From positions 53,444,001 to 53,508,000 of the forward strand of contig OX597833.1 of assembly GCA_951406725.2 (NCBI GenBank): a stretch of DNA of 64,000 bases, in the 5' to 3' direction. The first letter of the stretch is position 1; each line of letters opens with the position of its first letter. The position numbers were made by a program, and so were the translations under genes. Shown piece by piece: positions 55,916 through 64,000 of the stretch. The notes below the pieces were generated by a model, which did no database searches, was not told the origin of the DNA, and saw only the letters and a program-made list of their open reading frames with translations. Origin of the DNA: Octopus vulgaris (taxonomy: Eukaryota).

Positions 55916-57484
55916 AATAAGTTAAATACCTATTATATTTGTTTAGGAGATTGAATAGAGTGTGTTTTTTTGCTTTTGGTGTTTTATTACACATACTCTC
56001 ACACTTTCCCCTCAATCTTTCCTCTCCTTTCTTTTCCGACTGGGGTATCCTTGTATCTTTTCTACAGCAAGACATCTATCTCTCTCCCTCTATTATTCTT
56101 TTAACTTCTCATCAACTTACACAAAGTCACCTCTTTCAGTACTGCTCCCCCTCCCAGTCAAAGACTCTTTCTTTGTCTTGCAAGTTATTTGGTTACCCTA
56201 CCGATGCTGGTGCCACATGATAAAAAAGTACCCAGTACACTATGTGAAGTGAGTAGCATTAGGAAGGGCATCCAGCTGTAGAAATCATAACAAAAATAAA
56301 CAATAAAGTTTGACACTATCCTCTGGCTTGCCAGCTTTTGTCAAACTGTCCAACCCATGCCAGCATGGAAAAAGTTATTTGGTTACCCTACCGATGCTGG
56401 TGCCACAGGATAAAAAAGTACCCAGTACACCATGTAAAGTGAGTAGCATTAGGAAGGGCACCCAGCTGTAGAAATCACGTCAAAAATAAACAATAAATTT
56501 TGACACCTTCCTCTAATTTGCCAGCTTTTGTCAAACTGTCCAACCCATGCCAGCATGGAAAACAAACATTGAATGAGAATGATGATGATGATGACTGCGA
56601 CAATGACGATGATGATGATGTAATATTGTTTGTCAATTTCCAAGCCAGGAGACCTTTGCAAGTTTGCTTGTTTGGTTCGAACAAGGCAGCCACCCTGAAA
56701 CAAGGCACAATATTTTGAAAATGGAAAATTAAAATAGCAATTTGTTTTTTTGTCATATTCTTGGAATAAAAATAATATAAAAGACAAGAAATAAAGATAA
56801 AAAAAAAAAGGAAATGAAATATTCTTAGTCTGCTGGTATAATTCCATTAACATCTCAGGTACTTTATAGGAATATTAAATCAGCGATGTTGACGAGTACT
56901 TCATTTTATCGACGCCGCAAGGACGGAAATCATGAAAGTTGACATCAGCAGGATATCAACTCATAACTTTGAAAGTCCGTAATTAAATGCTACAAGGTGT
57001 TTTGTCTGTTGCTCTGTGTTGACCGAATATTAAATTGACCTAGTAATTGATTTGAAAGTTTATTTTTATCGATGCCAGAAGGATGAAAGAGCAAAATCAA
57101 CATCAGTGGGATTTGAAATTAATCTGAATTTTTTTTTAACAATAAATGATTTAGAATAAAACAAAATCTATGAAAATTATGAATTCAGAGGAAACGCAAT
57201 GTGTTTCAGCAAAAAAATTATGGTTTGTCAGCTTGGAGCTACAAGTTGTGAATTAAGCTATGATATTTTATATTTTATATTTTTGGGTTACTCGGTTTAA
57301 CATTTAATTAGTAAAGGTGAGAATCCTATTGAGAAATTATGTTCAAATATTACCAAAGTAAATTAGATCCTAACTACACACACATGCACATATAGAGATA
57401 GACACACACACAAACACATACACACACATACACACATACATACATACATACATACATACATACATACATACATACATACATACA

Positions 57485-57516
<32 letters not shown>

Positions 57517-58244
57517 AATATATATATATATATAAATTTTAAATTTTATAATTTTTAAATTTTATATATTTTGTATATTACATTAATTATTTTTATTTTT
57601 ATGTTTTGGTTTATGTTTTTCACTGATTTGCCTAATAGTGGTTTTATCTCTAATTTAATTTATATATATATATATATCATCATCATCATCATCATAGACA
57701 TAAATCCAGAGAAGAAGCACACTCTAAGATGTAGAGCAGTATATATTTTTTCCGGGGAAGGCTGGTTTATGGGATTACTCTGGGTTTCCCATCCATAAAA
57801 GGTTTAATCTTATGGTGCATCATCAGATCCCAAGACCTGTTGGCCTAGGACCTTTTGAAAAGGTCTTAACCCAACAGGTTTTGGGGTCTGACAATATGCC
57901 ATAAAGTTAAACCCTTTATAGACAGGAAACCCTGGGTAATCCCATAAACTGGCCTTCCTCAAAAAGAAAAAAATATATATATTCCTTTCTACAATAGGCA
58001 CAAGGCCTGAAATTTTGGGAGATGGGGATGGTCTACCACAGTGCTCAGCTGGTACTTAATTTATCAACCCTGAAAGGACAAAATGCAAAGTCAACTTCAG
58101 TGGAATTTGAACTCAGAACCACTAATGCCAACCACTTGTGCCTTTACTCAGTACCAGCAAGAGTGGGCCTATGCAGCTTTGGTATGGGTGCTTTTTATGT
58201 GGTACAGGCACCAGAACAGACAAACTTATAAATATATGGAACAT

Positions 58245-58500
58245 AGTGATTTTACTTAGTGCCTCTTTTCAAGTACAGTGGGGCCCAGCATTCAAAGATC
58301 CTTTCTCACCACTTTGTCTCACACCTTCATGGTCGACCCCTTCCACAGGTTCCATCCTCAATTAAAGCTCAGCACTTATTTATGCAGCTGTCCTCATCCC
58401 TACGAATCACATGACCAAACCAGCACACTCTTCTCCCTTGCACACAACATCTGATGCCTCTTCTACCCGGTTTTCCTGTTAAATCCTTTACACCCTGTCG
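58245..58500 (-). mobile_element. Probable RTE LINE 3'-region fragment
   Basis: Minus strand has a degenerate GIRCCVQGRRVCWFGHVIRRDE-like C-terminal RTE segment. Confidence 0.5.
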
Positions 58501-58502
58501 TG

Positions 58503-58533
<31 letters not shown>

Positions 58534-58534
<1 letters not shown>

Positions 58535-58850
58535 GAGGCACAATGGCCTAGTGGTTAGGGCAGCGGACTCGCGGTCGTAGGATTGCGGTTTTGATTCCCA
58601 GAACGGGTGTTGTGTGTGTTTATTGAGCAAAAACACCTAAAGCTCCACGAGGCTCCGGCAGGGGGTAGTGGCGATCCCTGCTGTACTCTTTCGCCACAAC
58701 TTTCTCTCACTCTTTCTTCTGTTGGCCTGCTCGCTTAGCCAGCGGGGTGGCGTCATTTGAAGGCTGAAACAATGCGAAGCGCATTGTGACCAGCGATGCG
58801 TAACAACATCTGATAGTCTGGTCAGTCACGGTGGTCATGGTGATATATGA
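58534..58850 (+). mobile_element. tRNA-derived SINE family D (copy about 33794-34050; 3' parts at 4080, 11905, 18210)
   Basis: ggaggcacaatggcctagtggttagggcagcggactcgcggtcg...gattccc. Confidence 0.75.
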
Positions 58851-59335
58851 TATATGTATGTATTGTTGAAAGTGAAACAGAGAGTCTGTCTCATGACTCG
58901 AGCTTCTCATGACTGTGTTCTCGCCCGAGGATCACAGCCGCGTGAAACACAAGCCACATAACAAATTTGCTCTTTCAGTCAAATGAAAGTAAAATGGCAG
59001 CAAGGTGCAAAAAAAAATGTACCGGTGCCAATAAATCTATCGCACCACGTCCACCACCACCACTTTTGGCTTTAACAAAGATATTTTGCACACTGGTTTG
59101 TATAAAAAACAATCTAAGAGATATGGTCTTTGCAAAAATAAATAAATAACATCATTTTTTACAAAAAAATATTTGTCTACACTACCACAAAGAGTTTGTA
59201 AAAACATCATCATTCCTGGTTTAATACAAGAAGATCTCTCAAAGAATATACAGTTAAAACAAAGGCGAAGCAAAACGGAATGAAGATAAAAGCGAATAAA
59301 AGATATACATCTATATATTCATATATATGTATATA

Positions 59336-59341
<6 letters not shown>

Positions 59342-59371
<30 letters not shown>

Positions 59372-60210
59372 TGTATGTATGTATGTATGTGTGTATTGTA
59401 TGTGTGTATGTATGTATGTATGTATGTATATATGTATGTATGTATGTATGTATGAATGTATTTATGTATGTATGTATGTATGTATGTATGTATGTATGTA
59501 TGTATGTATGTATGTATGTATGTATGTATGTATCTATGTATGTATGTATGCATGTTTGTATGTATGTATGTATGTATGTATGTATGTATGTATGTATGTA
59601 TGTATGTATGTATGTATGTATGTATTTATGTATGTATGTATGTATGTATGTATGTATTTATGTATGTATGTATGTATGTATGTATGTATGTATGTATGTA
59701 TGTATGTATGTATGTATGTATGTATTTATGTATGTATGTATGTATGTATGTATGTATTTATGTATGTATTTATGTATGTATGTATGTATGTATGTATGTA
59801 TGTATGTATTTATGTATGTATGTATGTATTTATGTATGTATGTATTGTATGTATGTATGTATGTATGTATGTATGTATGTATGTATGTATGTATGTATGT
59901 ATGTATGTATGTATGTATGTATGTATGTATGTATGTATGTATGTATGTATGTATGTATGTATGTATGTATTTATGTATGTATGTATGTATGTATGTATGT
60001 ATGTATGTATGTATTTATGTATGTATTTATGTATGTATGTATGTATGTATGTATGTATGTATTTATGTATGTATGTATGTATGTATTTATGTATGTATGT
60101 ATTGTATGTATGTATGTATGTATGTATGTATGTATGTATGTATGTATGTATTGTATGTATGTATGTATGTATGTATGTATGTATGTATGTATGTATGTAT
60201 TGTATGTATG
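59342..60210. repeat. (TATG)n microsatellite
   Basis: Direct inspection. Confidence 0.95.
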
Positions 60211-60379
60211 AGGTTGGCAGAAATCAAAGCAAACGCAAAATATTTAATCTGTTCTGTAAGAGATGAACTGAACTGCCATTGAGCTATGTATATTTACACT
60301 GACTAACCTGTTAATGTGATTCTAGTGGCTCCTTAGTAAACACTGAGAAAGCAGTGAGATAAACAGACATACGTAATAG

Positions 60380-60419
60380 ATGGATAGATAGATAGATAGA
60401 CAAATAGATAAGCTTCTTT

Positions 60420-60454
<35 letters not shown>

Positions 60455-60492
60455 CATACATACATACATACACACATACATAGCTAGCTAGG

Positions 60493-60576
<84 letters not shown>

Positions 60577-60599
60577 CAGACAAATAGATAAGCTTCTTT

Positions 60600-60634
<35 letters not shown>

Positions 60635-60698
60635 CATACATACACACATACATAGCTAGCTAGGTAGATAGATAGATAGATTGATAGATAGATAGATT

Positions 60699-60748
<50 letters not shown>

Positions 60749-60771
60749 CAGACAAATAGATAAGCTTCTTT

Positions 60772-60802
<31 letters not shown>

Positions 60803-60882
60803 CATACATACATACATACACACATACACACATACATAGCTAGCTAGGTAGATAGATAGATAGATTGATAGATAGATAGATT

Positions 60883-60924
<42 letters not shown>

Positions 60925-60947
60925 CAGACAAATAGATAAGCTTCTTT

Positions 60948-60978
<31 letters not shown>

Positions 60979-61034
60979 CATACATACATACATGCACACA
61001 TACATAGCTAGCTAGGTAGATAGATAGATAGATT

Positions 61035-61083
<49 letters not shown>

Positions 61084-61110
61084 GCAGACAGACAGACAGA
61101 TAGATAGAGA
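60380..61110. repeat. (GATA)n compound repeat with ~170-180-bp higher-order unit
   Basis: gacaaatagataagcttcttta recurs 4 times. Confidence 0.9.
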
Positions 61111-61642
61111 GAATATTTTTAAATATGATTTGTGCTTACTTTATATGTATGTATGTATGTGTGTGTGTATGTATGTTTATGTATGTATGTTTGTATGTAT
61201 GTTTATGTATGTATGTATGTATGTATGTATGTATGTATTTATGTATGTATGTATTTATGTATGTATGTATGTGTTTATGTATGTATGTATGTATGTATGT
61301 ATGTATGTATGTATTTATGTATGTATGTATTTATGTATGTATGTATGTGTTTATGTATGTATGTATGTATGTATTTATGTATGTATGTATTTATGTATGT
61401 ATGTATGTATGTTTATGTATGTATGTTTGTATGTATGTATGTAAATATGTATGTATGTATGTATATGTATTTATGTATGTATGTAACATGGCTGTGTGGT
61501 TAAGAAGCTCACTTTGCAACCACATGGTGTTGGGTTCAATTCCATTGAGCAGTACTTTGAGCAAGAGCCTTCTACTATAGCCCCGGGCCAACTAATGCCT
61601 TGTGAGGGAATTTGGTTTACAGAAACTGTGTGGAAGCCTTTC

Positions 61643-61700
<58 letters not shown>

Positions 61701-61812
61701 ATATATATATAGTCAATCCGAAGAAGAACAAGCAAGAAAAAACAACAACGCGAGGATGTGGAACAAGTAGTGTGTTATTGGACGCTCAGGAAAAGGAAAG
61801 AAAAGAAAGAGG

Positions 61813-61847
61813 ATTTGACGTTTCGAGCGGAGCTCTTCATCAGAAAT
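61813..61847 (-). ncRNA. Minimal (Penelope-type) type I hammerhead ribozyme
   Basis: Minus strand reads AUUU CUGAUGA A GAGC UCC GCUC GAA ACGU C AAAU. Stem III is reduced to the palindrome ACGU. Confidence 0.72.
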
Positions 61848-64000
61848 ATAGAGAAAGTCCAAAGAAGGGAAGATGAAGAAAGAAAATCGCCAACGATACT
61901 CAACGATTTCACGTTTTGAGCGGAGCTCTTCATCAGAAATATAGAGAAAGTCCAAAGAAGGGAAGACGAAGAAAGAAAATCGCCAACGATACTCAACGAT
62001 TTCACGTTTTGAGCGGAGCTCTTCATCAGAAATATAGAGAAAGTCCAAAGAAGGGAAGACGAAGAAAGAAAATCGCCAACGATACTCAACGATTTCACGT
62101 TTTGAGCGGAGCTCTTCATCAGAAATATAGAGAAAGTCCAAAGAAGGGAAGACGAAGAAAGAAAATCGCCAACGATACTCAACGATTTCACGTTTTGAGC
62201 GGAGCTCTTCATCAGAAATATAGAGAAAGTCCAAAGAAGGGAAGATGAAGAAAGAAAATCGCCAACGATACTCAACGATTTCACGTTTTGAGCGGAGCTC
62301 TTCATCAGAAATATAGAGAAAGTTCAAAGAAGGGAAGATGAAGAAAGAAAATCGCCAACGATACTCAACGATTTCACGTTTTGAGCGGAGCTCTTCATCA
62401 GAAATATAGAGAAAGTCCAAAGAAGGGAAGATGAAGAAAGAAAATCGCCAACGATACTCAACGATTTCACGTTTTGAGCGGAGCTCTTCATCAGAAATAT
62501 AGAGAAAGTCCAAAGAAGGGAAGATGAAGAAAGAAAATCGCCAACGATACTCAACGATTTCACGTTTTGAGCGGAGCTCTTCATCAGAAATATAGAGAAA
62601 GTCCAAAGAAGGGAAGACGAAGAAAGAAAATCGCCAACGATACTCAACGATTTCACGTTTTGAGCGGAGCTCTTCATCAGAAATATAGAGAAAGTCCAAA
62701 GAAGGGAAGATGAAGAAAGAAAATCGCCAACGATACTCAACGATTTCACGTTTTGAGCGGAGCTCTTCATCAGAAATATAGAGAAAGTCCAAAGAAGGGA
62801 AGATGAAGAAAGAAAATCGCCAACGATACTCAACGATTTCACGTTTTGAGCGGAGCTCTTCATCAGAAATATAGAGAAAGTCCAAAGAAGGGAAGACGAA
62901 GAAAGAAAATCGCCAACGATACTCAACGATTTCACGTTTTGAGCGGAGCTCTTCATCAGAAATATAGAGAAAGTCCAAAGAAGGGAAGACGAAGAAAGAA
63001 AATCGCCAACGATACTCAACGATTTCACGTTTTGAGCGGAGCTCTTCATCAGAAATATAGAGAAAGTCCAAAGAAGGGAAGACGAAGAAAGAAAATCGCC
63101 AACGATACTCAACGATTTCACGTTTTGAGCGGAGCTCTTCATCAGAAATATAGAGAAAGTCCAAAGAAGGGAAGATGAAGAAAGAAAATCGCCAACGATA
63201 CTCAACGATTTCACGTTTTGAGCGGAGCTCTTCATCAGAAATATAGAGAAAGTCCAAAGAAGGGAAGACGAAGAAAGAAAATCGCCAACGATACTCAACG
63301 ATTTCACGTTTTGAGCGGAGCTCTTCATCAGAAATATAGAGAAAGTCCAAAGAAGGAAGATGAAGAAAGAAAATCGCCAACGATACTCAACGATTTCACG
63401 TTTTGAGCGGAGCTCTTCATCAGAAATATAGAGAAAGTCCAAAGAAGGGAAGATGAAGAAAGAAAATCGCCTACGATACTCAACGATTTCACGTTTTGAG
63501 CGGAGCTCTTCATCAGAAATATAGAGAAAGTCCAAAGAAGGGAAGACGAAGAAAGAAAATCGCCAACGATACTCAACGATTTCACGTTTTGAGCGGAGCT
63601 CTTCATCAGAAATATAGAGAAAGTCCAAAGAAGGGAAGATGAAGAAAGAAAATCGCCAACGATACTCAACGATTTCACGTTTTGAGCGGAGCTCTTCATC
63701 AGAAATATAGAGAAAGTCCAAAGAAGGGAAGATGAAGAAAGAAAATCGCCAACGATACTCAACGATTTCACGTTTTGAGCGGAGCTCTTCATCAGAAATA
63801 TAGAGAAAGTCCAAAGAAGGGAAGATGAAGAAAGAAAATCGCCAACGATACTCAACGATTTCACGTTTTGAGCGGAGCTCTTCATCAGAAATATAGAGAA
63901 AGTCCAAAGAAGGGAAGATGAAGAAAGAAAATCGCCAACGATACTCAACGATTTCACGTTTTGAGCGGAGCTCTTCATCAGAAATATAGATAAAGTCCAA
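61818..64000. repeat. 93-bp tandem satellite (at least 23 units, runs off the window) derived from a hammerhead-containing pLTR
   Basis: cggagctcttcatcag at 61828, 61921 and onward. One 92-bp unit near 63350. Confidence 0.95.

Noticed and set aside
61870-61940. Alternative hammerhead fold in the 93-bp unit using the second GAAA and the GU-rich hairpin as stem III
   Set aside because: Stem I and stem II cannot close in that register.
61713-64000. 555/558-aa repetitive ORFs on the - strand
   Set aside because: They result from a stop-free 93-bp (3n) unit, are open in two frames, and are broken by a 1-bp deletion near 63350. No coding evidence.

Overview
AT-rich, repeat-dense eukaryotic (animal) genomic DNA. 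The SINE, microsatellite and RTE content looks like an octopus/cephalopod genome (inference). Nearly all ORFs in the track are microsatellite or SINE artefacts. One real spliced gene is supported on the + strand: exons 11050-11214, 21511-21680 and 25419-25976 are phase-compatible, and 8471-8632 is a possible upstream exon. It encodes an intron-containing, single-domain retropepsin-like (clan AA, DSG motif) aspartic protease with an acidic/basic C-terminal tail. The most striking unannotated signal is a set of at least 11 dispersed type I hammerhead ribozyme-like motifs, mostly on the - strand. They sit in Penelope-like (pLTR) relics inserted into (TA)n tracts and include intact-looking copies at 15778-15823, 43872-43941 and 61813-61847, a recurring CUGUNGA core variant, and a 93-bp satellite of at least 23 units built from a core-mutated hammerhead. 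The rest of the window comprises tRNA-derived SINEs, RTE LINE fragments, hAT/piggyBac/mariner MITEs, a Helentron-like element, a 163-bp satellite and long microsatellites.
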